From: Myxococcota bacterium
GTDB lineage: Bacteria; Myxococcota_A; SURF-8
Reading direction: 5' to 3'
NCBI GenBank assembly: GCA_965140415.1
Contig: OZ223209.1
Coordinates: 4,544,001 to 4,608,000, forward strand
DNA length: 64,000 bases
Made by a program: the position numbers and the translations under genes. Shown here one piece after another: positions 9,924-18,794 of this stretch (position 1 is its first letter; the number at the start of each line of letters is the position of its first letter). The notes beneath the pieces are model-generated. The model searched no databases. It saw only the letters and a program-made list of their open reading frames with translations, and was not told the origin of the DNA.

Positions 9924-10724
9924 ATGACGACTCCCACTCCAGAAAGCATCCTGACCGCCCTGCGCGAAGGTCATCCGCTGGTGCACAACATCACCAATTA
10001 CGTGGTCATGAACTCCACCGCCAACGCATTGCTGGCCGCCGGAGCCTCACCCGTAATGGCGCATGCGCCGGAAGAAATGCGCGAGATGGCTTCGATCGCG
10101 CAGGCGCTGGTTCTGAACATCGGCACGCTTTCCAGCCCGTGGATTCAAGCCATGCATTTAGCGGGTGAAACGGCGGCTGAACGCGGGATTCCCATTGTTT
10201 TGGACCCGGTAGGCGCGGGAGCAACGACACTACGTACCGACACCTCGCGCACGCTGCTGGCAACCCTGCCGATTACAGCTATTCGCGGTAACGCCAGTGA
10301 AGTGCTGGCGGTGGCGGGCGAAAACATCACGACACGCGGAGTGGATAGCACCGCCGGTTCCAACGAAGCCGTAGAAGCCGCAAAAAGCATCGCCGCCAAA
10401 TACAAGCTGACGGTAGTCATCACCGGTGAAACGGACATCGTCACCGACGGCGAACGCACCGCCCTGATAAAAAACGGTCACCCGCTGATGGGTCGCGTTA
10501 CCGGCACCGGTTGTTCGGCAACCGCGTTATTAGGAGCTTTTCTCGCCATTGAAAAAGATGCCGTTGCGGCAGGCTGCACGATGTTGGCCTATTATGGCCT
10601 GGCCGGTGAACGCGCAGCCGAGAAAGCCCAGGGACCGGGCACCTTCTGGCCATTACTACTGGATCAGCTTTATTCCATCACCCCGCAGGATCTCGCCGCA
10701 GGTGCGCGCATCAGCTATCTTTAG
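9924..10724 (+). CDS. thiM: Hydroxyethylthiazole kinase
   Basis: PLVHNITNYVVMN, LNIGTL, LDPVGAGAT, IRGNASE, VTGTGC. Confidence 0.95.
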   Translation: MTTPTPESILTALREGHPLVHNITNYVVMNSTANALLAAGASPVMAHAPEEMREMASIAQALVLNIGTLSSPWIQAMHLAGETAAERGIPIVLDPVGAGATTLRTDTSRTLLATLPITAIRGNASEVLAVAGENITTRGVDSTAGSNEAVEAAKSIAAKYKLTVVITGETDIVTDGERTALIKNGHPLMGRVTGTGCSATALLGAFLAIEKDAVAAGCTMLAYYGLAGERAAEKAQGPGTFWPLLLDQLYSITPQDLAAGARISYL

Positions 10725-10755
10725 CAGATCGACATTCTGCTAACCGGAGACGACC

Positions 10756-11406
10756 ATGCCCGTTTTCGACTTCGACCTGTCCGTATACCTCGTCACCGAC
10801 CGTCGCCTGCTGCGTGGACGCAGCCTGACCGACACGGTGGAACGTGCGCTAATCGGCGGCACGACCATCGTGCAGTTGCGAGAAAAGCAGACAGAGGATG
10901 CAGAAGCCATCGAACTCGGACGCAAACTACTGAAATTGTGCAATCACTACAACGCCGCCCTGATCGTCAACGACCATCTCGACTGGTGCAAGGCCATCGG
11001 CGCCCACGGCCTGCACATCGGGCAGCAGGACGAAAGCCCGGCGCACATCCGAAATTTGCTCGGCCCGGACAAGATCCTGGGTGTATCGGTCAGCACCGTC
11101 AATGAAGCACTGGCCGCCAAGCAAGATGGGGCGGATTACATCAGTGTCAGTCCCGTTTACGACACCCCAACCAAAACCGACACCCCAACCGCCGCCGGGC
11201 TGGATGGCCTGCGAGCCATCCGCAAAGCCGTAGATACTCCCCTGGTGGGCATCGGCGGCCTGGATTTGCATAACAGTTACGACGCCATTTACGCCGGGCT
11301 GGATGGCGTTTCGGTGATTCGCGCCATTCTGGACACCCCCGACCCGGCGGATGCGGCAAGAGACCTGGCGGAAGTGGTCGCACGCGCCAAGCGCGACAGA
11401 AGGTAA
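10756..11406 (+). CDS. thiE: Thiamine-phosphate synthase
   Basis: YLVTD, VQLREK, IVND, LHIGQQD, TPTK, GIGG. Confidence 0.95.
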   Translation: MPVFDFDLSVYLVTDRRLLRGRSLTDTVERALIGGTTIVQLREKQTEDAEAIELGRKLLKLCNHYNAALIVNDHLDWCKAIGAHGLHIGQQDESPAHIRNLLGPDKILGVSVSTVNEALAAKQDGADYISVSPVYDTPTKTDTPTAAGLDGLRAIRKAVDTPLVGIGGLDLHNSYDAIYAGLDGVSVIRAILDTPDPADAARDLAEVVARAKRDRR

Positions 11407-11527
11407 GGACTCGATTCCCACATCACATCCACATACTCGGATGAAATCGCCAAGTTAATCCATCTATGCTATGCTCGGGTACATCCCGGCAGGTGAATAA
11501 ACAGCCCGAGAGGAGAATGCGACCATC

Positions 11528-13414
11528 ATGTGTGGAATTCACGGCATCATCAGCCAGGAATTGACACGCCCCGAATTACGCGAGCGCCTGCGGCGCATGG
11601 GCGAGGTGCAACGGCATCGCGGTCCCGACGACATGGCGGTGGACGTTCACAAAACCCCAACAGCCAGAGTGGGGCTGGGGTTCGTGCGGCTGTCGATTCT
11701 GGATCTTGAAACCGGTATGCAACCGATCCAGCACCCGGTGGACGAATGCAGCATTATCTGCAACGGACAGATTTATAATTACATCGAACTGCGCGAAGAG
11801 CTGAAAGACGAACAATTCCGCACTCAGGGCGACATGGAAGTGGGCTTGAACGCCTACCGGCGTTTTGGAATCGACTTTCTGAATCGATTGAACGGCATGT
11901 ATGCCGGTGCGATTTACGATCCTCGTGAAAAGAAACTACTGCTTTTCCGCGACCGCTTCGGCATCAAACCGCTGTACTATGCCCAATTCGGCGAACGCTT
12001 TGTTTTCGCTTCGGAAATCAAACCGCTGCTTGCCGATTCCGACATCGCCCCCGAATTGAACCGGGAGCGGCTGGCAACCTATTTTTCCTATCGCTACGTT
12101 CCCGGTGAACAGACCCTGTTCAAAGGCATCAAAAAGCTGCCGCCGGGCTCGTTTTTAGAATACGATCTGCAATCGCATACCTACCAGATTCAGCGCTATT
12201 GGTCCTACGATTTGCAGGAACCGGATGACGGTCTGACGCCCGAACTGGCCGAAGAAGGTTTTTTAGAGCTTTTTCAGGACGCCGTGCGCATCCGGCTGCG
12301 CAGCGATGTCGAAGTCGGAAGCTTAATCAGCGGCGGCATCGACTCCTCGGCGGTCGCCTCACAGGCTGCACGGGAAAAACCCGGCATTCGCCTGTTCACC
12401 ATCGGTTTCGAGGAAGCGCTATACAACGAATTGACCAGCGTACAGCGCTTCGTTTCAAATCATTCCGACCGCTTCGACTCCCAACGCTTCCACCACCGCA
12501 CCTGCGGCAAAGACATGCTGCAAAATCTGACAGAGATCGTGCGGGCGGTGGAAGAACCAATCTGCCTGGGTGCGATGCTGCCCACAGATCAGGTCTGCAA
12601 GCTGTCCTCGGAGCGCGTCAAGGTGGTGCTGACCGGAGAAGGCGCGGACGAAATCTTCAGTGGATACCGCAAGTTCCTGATCGAAGCCGCCGCCCATGAT
12701 TATCCCGGACTTGGCGCAACCGAACAACGACGTCTACGCGAATTATACCCGGAGTTGGAGCCGTATCTGGCGGTGCGCGATCCGGACCCGATCAAGCGCT
12801 ATATCCAAAGCGAGTTGCTTTTTGGCACCAACGACCGGAAACGGCTACTGGGAGCGGATATTCCAGACGACGGGCCGCCTATCGACGCTCTACCGAAGTT
12901 GCCGGACGGGCTGCATCCACTATTGGCAGCACAGGCCATGGAAAGTCGCTTCCGTCTGCCGGATTACGTGATTTTGAGGCTGGACAAGCTCTCCATGCGG
13001 CATTCGCTGGAAACCCGTACGCCGTTTCTGGATTACCGTCTGGCCGAATTTGCCGCCAAGCTACCGATATCACTAAAGGTTGATGTAATGCAGGCGGAAG
13101 AAAAAGCGATTTGCCGCCGCTCCTTCCTACATTCCGGAATATTGGACCTGGATACGGTATCCAGGAAAAAGCAGCCGTTTACCATCCCCTTGGCAGACTG
13201 GCTGAGCGAACCGGAAAGCCTGCCGGAACGACTACAGGAGATCCTGCTGGGCGATGTCATCAAGCAGCAGGGCATCCTGGACCCGGAACTGACCAGCGAA
13301 CTCGTTCGCAGCGTCTCGACACAGGGCGTCGGTCCTGCTACACTGGTCAGCAATGCCGACCGGGTCTTTTCCGTATTGATCTTTTCCCTGTGGGCAGATG
13401 AGTTTTTGACTTGA
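11528..13414 (+). CDS. asnB: Asparagine synthase (glutamine-hydrolysing) family amidotransferase
   Basis: N-terminal MCG (Ntn Cys), HRGPD, NGQIYNY, RDRFGIKPLYY, SGGIDSS, TGEGADE, ETRTPFLD. Confidence 0.88.
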   Translation: MCGIHGIISQELTRPELRERLRRMGEVQRHRGPDDMAVDVHKTPTARVGLGFVRLSILDLETGMQPIQHPVDECSIICNGQIYNYIELREELKDEQFRTQGDMEVGLNAYRRFGIDFLNRLNGMYAGAIYDPREKKLLLFRDRFGIKPLYYAQFGERFVFASEIKPLLADSDIAPELNRERLATYFSYRYVPGEQTLFKGIKKLPPGSFLEYDLQSHTYQIQRYWSYDLQEPDDGLTPELAEEGFLELFQDAVRIRLRSDVEVGSLISGGIDSSAVASQAAREKPGIRLFTIGFEEALYNELTSVQRFVSNHSDRFDSQRFHHRTCGKDMLQNLTEIVRAVEEPICLGAMLPTDQVCKLSSERVKVVLTGEGADEIFSGYRKFLIEAAAHDYPGLGATEQRRLRELYPELEPYLAVRDPDPIKRYIQSELLFGTNDRKRLLGADIPDDGPPIDALPKLPDGLHPLLAAQAMESRFRLPDYVILRLDKLSMRHSLETRTPFLDYRLAEFAAKLPISLKVDVMQAEEKAICRRSFLHSGILDLDTVSRKKQPFTIPLADWLSEPESLPERLQEILLGDVIKQQGILDPELTSELVRSVSTQGVGPATLVSNADRVFSVLIFSLWADEFLT

Positions 13415-13432
13415 GCAACGTAGAGGTTCACC

Positions 13433-14413
13433 GTGAGTAGTATGTTGAAAAAACAAGAGCGATTAGACAACTTTACCGATCAGTTATTGAATCTGTTACA
13501 AACCCAACTGGCCGACCGTTCCCGCCATGCACCGCGCAGTTTCGGCTTTGAGATCGAATTCTTACCGGTGGAACCGATGACCGCCGAAACGCTCGCCGGG
13601 ATACAGGATATCCTGCCTGAGATTGGTTTTTACAGCCTATCGGATCGCTGGGAGCATGAAAGCGGGCTGTTTATCACTTTCGAACCGGGTGGACAGATCG
13701 AGTTCTGTAGCCCACCTTTACTGGCCCATGAAACCGAACGCCTGGACGATCTACTCAAGCTGATCTGTGACAGCCTAATCGACATTCGCAGGCGCACCGG
13801 AGTCGATTTCGTAGCGCAAGGCTATCTGCCCGGTCGCGACACGGCCCCGATGCTGTTGACCAGCGAGCGCTATCGCCGCATGCACGAGCGCATGGCCTAC
13901 ACGGGTCAACGTGGACGCGACATGATGAAAGGCACCGCATCCATTCACCTACATGTGGGGTTCAATCATCTGGAGGAACTGCCGCTGTTGTTTCAGTCGC
14001 TGTGTGAACTGTCACAGACGATGACCTTCGGCATGTCCGATGTACGCAGAAAAATCTGGAACAGCACCGATCCAAGCCGCTGCGGTCTGATCCCCATGAA
14101 ATGGGATGAATCCTTGAGCCCGCGCGATTTCTTACGAGGCATCGTTGACACCGCACTTAAGGCGGAAGATCTTTACACCGACCGCCCCGCCTATGAGCTT
14201 GAAGAATTGAGCTTCCGCGACTTTCTTGTACACTTGACCACACTGTTTACCGACGTGCGCCTGAATTTGAAAGGCCCCAGTGTAGAACTGCGCACCCCGG
14301 ACAGTCTCCCGTTGGACTGGTTCGGTGAAAAGTGGGATCGCTTCGTGCAACTCTTCGACCATCAACAGGAATCCCCCTGTCACCACTGTACGTCTTCCCG
14401 CGCGATCAGGTAA
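13433..14413 (+). CDS. Glutamate-cysteine ligase-like carboxylate-amine ligase (GCS2 / EgtA-GshA-like)
   Basis: FGFEIEF, TFEPGGQIEF, MMKGTASIHLHV, TLFTDVRL, VELRTPD; 18 bp after the asnB stop. Confidence 0.72.
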   Translation: MSSMLKKQERLDNFTDQLLNLLQTQLADRSRHAPRSFGFEIEFLPVEPMTAETLAGIQDILPEIGFYSLSDRWEHESGLFITFEPGGQIEFCSPPLLAHETERLDDLLKLICDSLIDIRRRTGVDFVAQGYLPGRDTAPMLLTSERYRRMHERMAYTGQRGRDMMKGTASIHLHVGFNHLEELPLLFQSLCELSQTMTFGMSDVRRKIWNSTDPSRCGLIPMKWDESLSPRDFLRGIVDTALKAEDLYTDRPAYELEELSFRDFLVHLTTLFTDVRLNLKGPSVELRTPDSLPLDWFGEKWDRFVQLFDHQQESPCHHCTSSRAIR

Positions 14414-14530
14414 AAAAACGTAAACGACCTTTTACCTTTTTCAGAACATGATTGGATTGAATGGCAATCCGGTATACATGATTTGTCGGCTCCGTTGAAG
14501 CCGATCGACCTGGAAAGTTCCATAAAGCAG

Positions 14531-14563
14531 AAAAAAGCGGGAACCCAGAAGAGTTCCCGCTTT
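14531..14563 (-). terminator. Intrinsic terminator of the giant lipoprotein gene (probably bidirectional)
   Basis: AAAGCGGGAAC-N8-GTTCCCGCTTT hairpin with an A-run on the left (U-tract on the minus strand). Confidence 0.8.
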
Positions 14564-14597
14564 CATTAGAACTTGTTTCGGCTAATGCCGATTAAGC

Positions 14598-17500
14598 CTA
14601 CTTACCCCAACTGTAATCGCAGCCATCGAACGTGTCGCCGGAGTTACATCCCGGAGCCGCACAGGCATTCAAACCAGCGCAATCAATGTCTTCCGCCGTG
14701 CAACCACAGTCGCAATCATCATCTCCGTACCAGCTATCGTTGCAACTCCAATCGACCGGAACACTGGATTCAACATCCGTGTCGCCATCGACCACATCGC
14801 CATCCACATCACCATCGACCGAGCAGTCGGCAGTGTCATCAAAGTGATCGTCTGGGTAGACAATGGCGCAGAAGTCGTCGCAGTAATCATCACCCTGCCA
14901 CATGCAAGGATCCGCCGCCGCGCAGGAACAGTTGTCGTAGTAGGTGCCACACACATAGGAATCGCAGGTATCATAATTGCAGGCGCAACCTTCAATGGCA
15001 TCTACACAAACACCGGAATCATAACCAGCACCGATGCAACCTGCGTTGCAGTCGCCGTAACCGTAACAGTCCGCCACGTCGCCATCGACCACATCGCCAT
15101 CGACCACGTCGCCGTCTACGACATCACCGTCCACCACGTCACCGTCGACCACGTCGCCGTCCACCACATCACCGTCTACCACCGCATCACCGGTCGTGAT
15201 CGTCAGGGTGTAATCGTAAAGATCACCGGGAGCGAAAGTAGTCAGCACCAGCACCAACTGCTGGCAATCGCCAATGGCGAGATCATCAAAGCCAGAGCAC
15301 AAGCCATTGAAGTCATCGCTGTAGGCATAGCAACCCGAGGGGCTACTGGGATCGAAGGTCTGATTGTAAACCGCCATCACGCTGTCGCCATCACCGCAGG
15401 TGATGTCGATATCCAGGGTTTGCGCCTGACCGGTCATGTTGACGATTTTGTACACATCGTAATGTACGCCAACGCCAGCACCAGAAGCCATCGCACAGCC
15501 TTCGCCATAGTAACGGTCATAGGTCGGATCGGAAACGTCCACAGCCCCTGTTTCGACCAGCGATTCGCCTAGCGGCATAATCTCATTCGCATCCTGATCC
15601 GGATCGCAAACCACGTCACCATCGACCACATCGCCATCGACCATATCACCATCAATCACATCACCATCCACATCGCCGTCGACCGAGCAGTCGGCGGTGT
15701 CGTCGAAGTGATCGTCCGGGTAGACAATGGCGCAGTAGTCGTCGCAGTAATCATCACCCTGCCACATGCAAGGATCCGCCGCCGCGCAGGAGCAGTTGTC
15801 GTAGTACATGCCACACACATAGGCATCGCAGCTATCATAATTGCAGGCGCAACCTTCAATCGCATCCACGCACATACCGGAATCGTAACCAGCACCAACA
15901 CAAAGCGAATCACAGTCGCCGTAGCCGTAACAGTCTGCCACGTCACCGTCTACCACATCGCCATCAACCACATCACCGTCGATCACGTCACCGTCCACCG
16001 AGCAATCGATGCTGTCATCGAAGTAATCATCCGGGTACGCAATCGCACAGTAATCATCACAGTAACCATCTTCCTGCCATGCACAGGGGTCCGCCGCCGC
16101 GCAGGAGCAGTTATCGTAGTAGGTACCGCACACATAGGCATCACAGCTATCGTAGCTGCATACACAACCCTGGGTCGCGTCCGAGCACACACCCGAATCA
16201 TAACCCGCATCGATGCAACCCGCGCTGCAATCGCCGTACCCGTAGCAATCAACCATGTCGCCGTCGACCACATCGCCGTCGACCACATCACCATCGATCA
16301 TGTCACCGTCAACCGAACAATCGATGCTGTCATCGAAAGAATCATCCGGGTACACAATCGCACAGTAATCATCGCAGTAACCATCTTCCTGCCATGCACA
16401 GGGATCCGCCGCCGCGCAGGAGCAGTTATCATAGTAGGTACCGCACACATAGGAATCACAGCTATCGTAATTGCAGGCACAACCTTGAATGGCATCTACA
16501 CACATACCGGAATCGTAACCGGCGCCAACACAAAGCGAATCACAGTCGCCGTAACCGTAGCAGTCTGCCATGTCGCCATCGACCATGTCACCATCAACCA
16601 TGTCACCATCAACCATGTCACCGTCGATCATGTCACCGTCGATCATGTCACCGTCGACCATGTCACCGTCGATCATGTCACCGTCGACCATGTCACCGTC
16701 GACCATGTCACCGTCGACCATGTCACCGTCGATCACGTCACCGTCGACTACATCACCGTCAGTACCACCACAATCACCGCAACCGAAGGATTCAACTTCG
16801 CCAACGCAAGTTGCATCCCAAATCGTGTCGCAGCACCAGCTGTCATAGAAACACACGCAATCGTTGATGGCCGTATCGCTACAACCACCGGTTTCATGCG
16901 GAGTACAGCAATCGCCGAGAACCACGTCACCATCAACCACGTCACCGTCGACCATGTCGCCGTCAACCATGTCGCCATCGACCATGTCGCCATCGACGCC
17001 ATCACCATCAACCACTACACAGCTGACATTCATGACGCCCGGAGTTCCGTAGTGCGGGCCATCGGCCACATACTCGGAAGCACCATGACACCAATAGGCA
17101 GCATTGTCGTTGTATGTCGGATCGTAGTAATCCACATCCAGTTGCCAGGAGTAACCGGCATCCTGCGACCATTCCGTAGCATCCACGGAATTGATCAACG
17201 TGCCCGTGGTACCATCAACGTACAGGCGTAGCGCATCACCGCTGTTGTTCAGCGAAAACGCGAAATCATACGCCACGTTGGTCAGCCCACCGTTTTCAGC
17301 AGGATTATCCGAACCCGCAAACAGCAGGGTTTCATTGGCACCGATTGTCAGATCTTCCGGAAGAACTTCGCAGTTCGTATCGGCAGAATCGCACAGGGTC
17401 AAGCCACCCAGGCTCAGGATCTCATCGGTCATGTTGTAAATTTCAAGCCATTCACCAAGCTGCTCGGGAACGGTTCCGGTCGTATTGGCCAAAAATTCCG

Positions 17501-18419
17501 TGAAGATGATATCTCCAACATCAGGCAACGGATAGCTCATGTCACCATCAACCATGTCGCCGTCGACCATGTCACCATCAACCATGTCGCCATCAACCAT
17601 GTCGCCATCGACCATGTCGCCGTCAATCATGTCGCCGTCAATCATGTCGCCGTCAATCATGTCGCCGTCAATCACGTCGCCGTCAATCATGTCGCCATCA
17701 ATCATGTCGCCGTCAATCACGTCGCCGTCAACCACGTCGCCGTCAACCACGTCGCCGTCAACCACGTCGCCGTCAATCACGTCGCCGTCAATCACGTCGC
17801 CGTCAATCACGTCACCGTCAACCACGTCGCCGTCAACCACGTCGCCGTCAATCACGTCGCCGTCAATCACGTCGCCGTCAACCATGTCGCCGTCAACATC
17901 GCCGTCGGTATCACCATCGACTACATCACCGTCAACTTTGTCGCCGTCAACCACGTCACCATCGACCTTGTCACCATCGACTTGATCGCCGTCGACCTGG
18001 TCACCATCAACCTGATCGCCGTCGACCAGATCGCCATCAATCGAAGTGTCGGCATCGCCATCCGTGTCGCCCGGATTTGTCCAGGTGCACTGGAAGCCAT
18101 CCTGACCACCTTCATCGATGCAGTCGAAGAAGCCATCACATTCTTCGATTTCAGCACATCCCAGATATTTGGTGGGGAAGTCGGCAGGCGGATTCTCACA
18201 GGTCGCGGTGCAAAGCGCCGTCAATTCCGCATTTTCATACCCTAAACTTGCAGCGCATTCCGTAGCCAGTTCGCATGCCGCTTCACAATAAGGCAAGCAA
18301 TACTCAAGCTGTCCTTCGAAATCGCCATCGGTTGCGGTTTCGTCATCGCCGCCACATCCACCGGCTCCCATCGCCATGATGCTGACCAGCAATAGAAGTA
18401 ACCATCTTAGATCTTTCAT
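14598..18419 (-). CDS. Giant acidic Cys-rich surface lipoprotein (1273 aa): DGD arrays, lamin-tail domain, four 14-Cys modules, PPC-like beta-sandwich
   Basis: GAGGAG RBS; MKDLRWLLLLLVSIMAMGAGGC lipobox; LTD motifs IIFTEFLAN..EWLEIYN..LNNSGD..GTPG at approx. 17025-17530. Confidence 0.85.
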   Translation of the reverse strand: MKDLRWLLLLLVSIMAMGAGGCGGDDETATDGDFEGQLEYCLPYCEAACELATECAASLGYENAELTALCTATCENPPADFPTKYLGCAEIEECDGFFDCIDEGGQDGFQCTWTNPGDTDGDADTSIDGDLVDGDQVDGDQVDGDQVDGDKVDGDVVDGDKVDGDVVDGDTDGDVDGDMVDGDVIDGDVIDGDVVDGDVVDGDVIDGDVIDGDVIDGDVVDGDVVDGDVVDGDVIDGDMIDGDMIDGDVIDGDMIDGDMIDGDMIDGDMVDGDMVDGDMVDGDMVDGDMVDGDMSYPLPDVGDIIFTEFLANTTGTVPEQLGEWLEIYNMTDEILSLGGLTLCDSADTNCEVLPEDLTIGANETLLFAGSDNPAENGGLTNVAYDFAFSLNNSGDALRLYVDGTTGTLINSVDATEWSQDAGYSWQLDVDYYDPTYNDNAAYWCHGASEYVADGPHYGTPGVMNVSCVVVDGDGVDGDMVDGDMVDGDMVDGDVVDGDVVLGDCCTPHETGGCSDTAINDCVCFYDSWCCDTIWDATCVGEVESFGCGDCGGTDGDVVDGDVIDGDMVDGDMVDGDMVDGDMIDGDMVDGDMIDGDMIDGDMVDGDMVDGDMVDGDMADCYGYGDCDSLCVGAGYDSGMCVDAIQGCACNYDSCDSYVCGTYYDNCSCAAADPCAWQEDGYCDDYCAIVYPDDSFDDSIDCSVDGDMIDGDVVDGDVVDGDMVDCYGYGDCSAGCIDAGYDSGVCSDATQGCVCSYDSCDAYVCGTYYDNCSCAAADPCAWQEDGYCDDYCAIAYPDDYFDDSIDCSVDGDVIDGDVVDGDVVDGDVADCYGYGDCDSLCVGAGYDSGMCVDAIEGCACNYDSCDAYVCGMYYDNCSCAAADPCMWQGDDYCDDYCAIVYPDDHFDDTADCSVDGDVDGDVIDGDMVDGDVVDGDVVCDPDQDANEIMPLGESLVETGAVDVSDPTYDRYYGEGCAMASGAGVGVHYDVYKIVNMTGQAQTLDIDITCGDGDSVMAVYNQTFDPSSPSGCYAYSDDFNGLCSGFDDLAIGDCQQLVLVLTTFAPGDLYDYTLTITTGDAVVDGDVVDGDVVDGDVVDGDVVDGDVVDGDVVDGDVADCYGYGDCNAGCIGAGYDSGVCVDAIEGCACNYDTCDSYVCGTYYDNCSCAAADPCMWQGDDYCDDFCAIVYPDDHFDDTADCSVDGDVDGDVVDGDTDVESSVPVDWSCNDSWYGDDDCDCGCTAEDIDCAGLNACAAPGCNSGDTFDGCDYSWGK
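14823..16562 (-). repeat. Four 246-nt copies of a 14-Cys module (16317-16562, 16002-16247, 15687-15932, 14823-15068)
   Basis: CYGYGDC...DC repeated; the first three copies have a 315-nt period. Confidence 0.92.
17539..18062 (-). repeat. 15-nt coding tandem repeat, about 35 x (V/M)(V/I)DGD; smaller arrays near 16570-16762, 16921-17012 and 15075-15190
   Basis: Unit like ACCATGTCGCCGTCA on the + strand, read directly. Confidence 0.95.
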
Positions 18420-18667
18420 CTGTACTCTCCTCATTGGCTGAATTAACAGGCTAACCTTTAAGCCGACTAAAAAACGAAACAATATCTTAGTTTCTGGTCA
18501 TAAAATAACATCACGTTGAATAGCCCAATCACAAAACAAACGCACACCACACCCGCGATCAACAACAAACCGTCGTTCCCGCGCCGGCGCTGTGGACGTT
18601 CGCCCCACTTCCGTAAATGCTCGGTCTACCTATTCAACGATGCAATACTACCCAATCAATGGAAATT

Positions 18668-18697
18668 ACCCTACCGGATCAACCACTGTTTTGTCAA
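18668..18697 (-). promoter_or_regulatory. Candidate sigma70 promoter of the giant lipoprotein gene (TTGACA-N18-TAGGGT), implying a 5' UTR of about 240 nt
   Basis: Reverse complement of 18668-18697; the -10 element is non-consensus. Confidence 0.35.
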
Positions 18698-18794
18698 GGG
18701 CTTTATCAACCATACTGTATTCATTGCTTGGTTACAATCGATACAATATCACCTAGTTTTCATGCAAGATAGAGGCGAAATGGGAGTTGAGAGC

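Noticed and set aside
11528-13414. AsnB homolog as a lasso-peptide cyclase
   Set aside because: It retains the N-terminal catalytic Cys and full glutaminase domain; no B protease, RRE or precursor nearby.
16570-18062. Regular short repeats as a CRISPR array
   Set aside because: Head-to-tail 15-nt in-frame coding units with no unique spacers; no cas genes in the window.
14573-18265. Long + strand ORFs (His/Arg-rich, VDHVT and MSPST repeats)
   Set aside because: Antisense shadows of the stop-free DGD repeats; the minus-strand ORF has the RBS, lipobox and recognisable domains.
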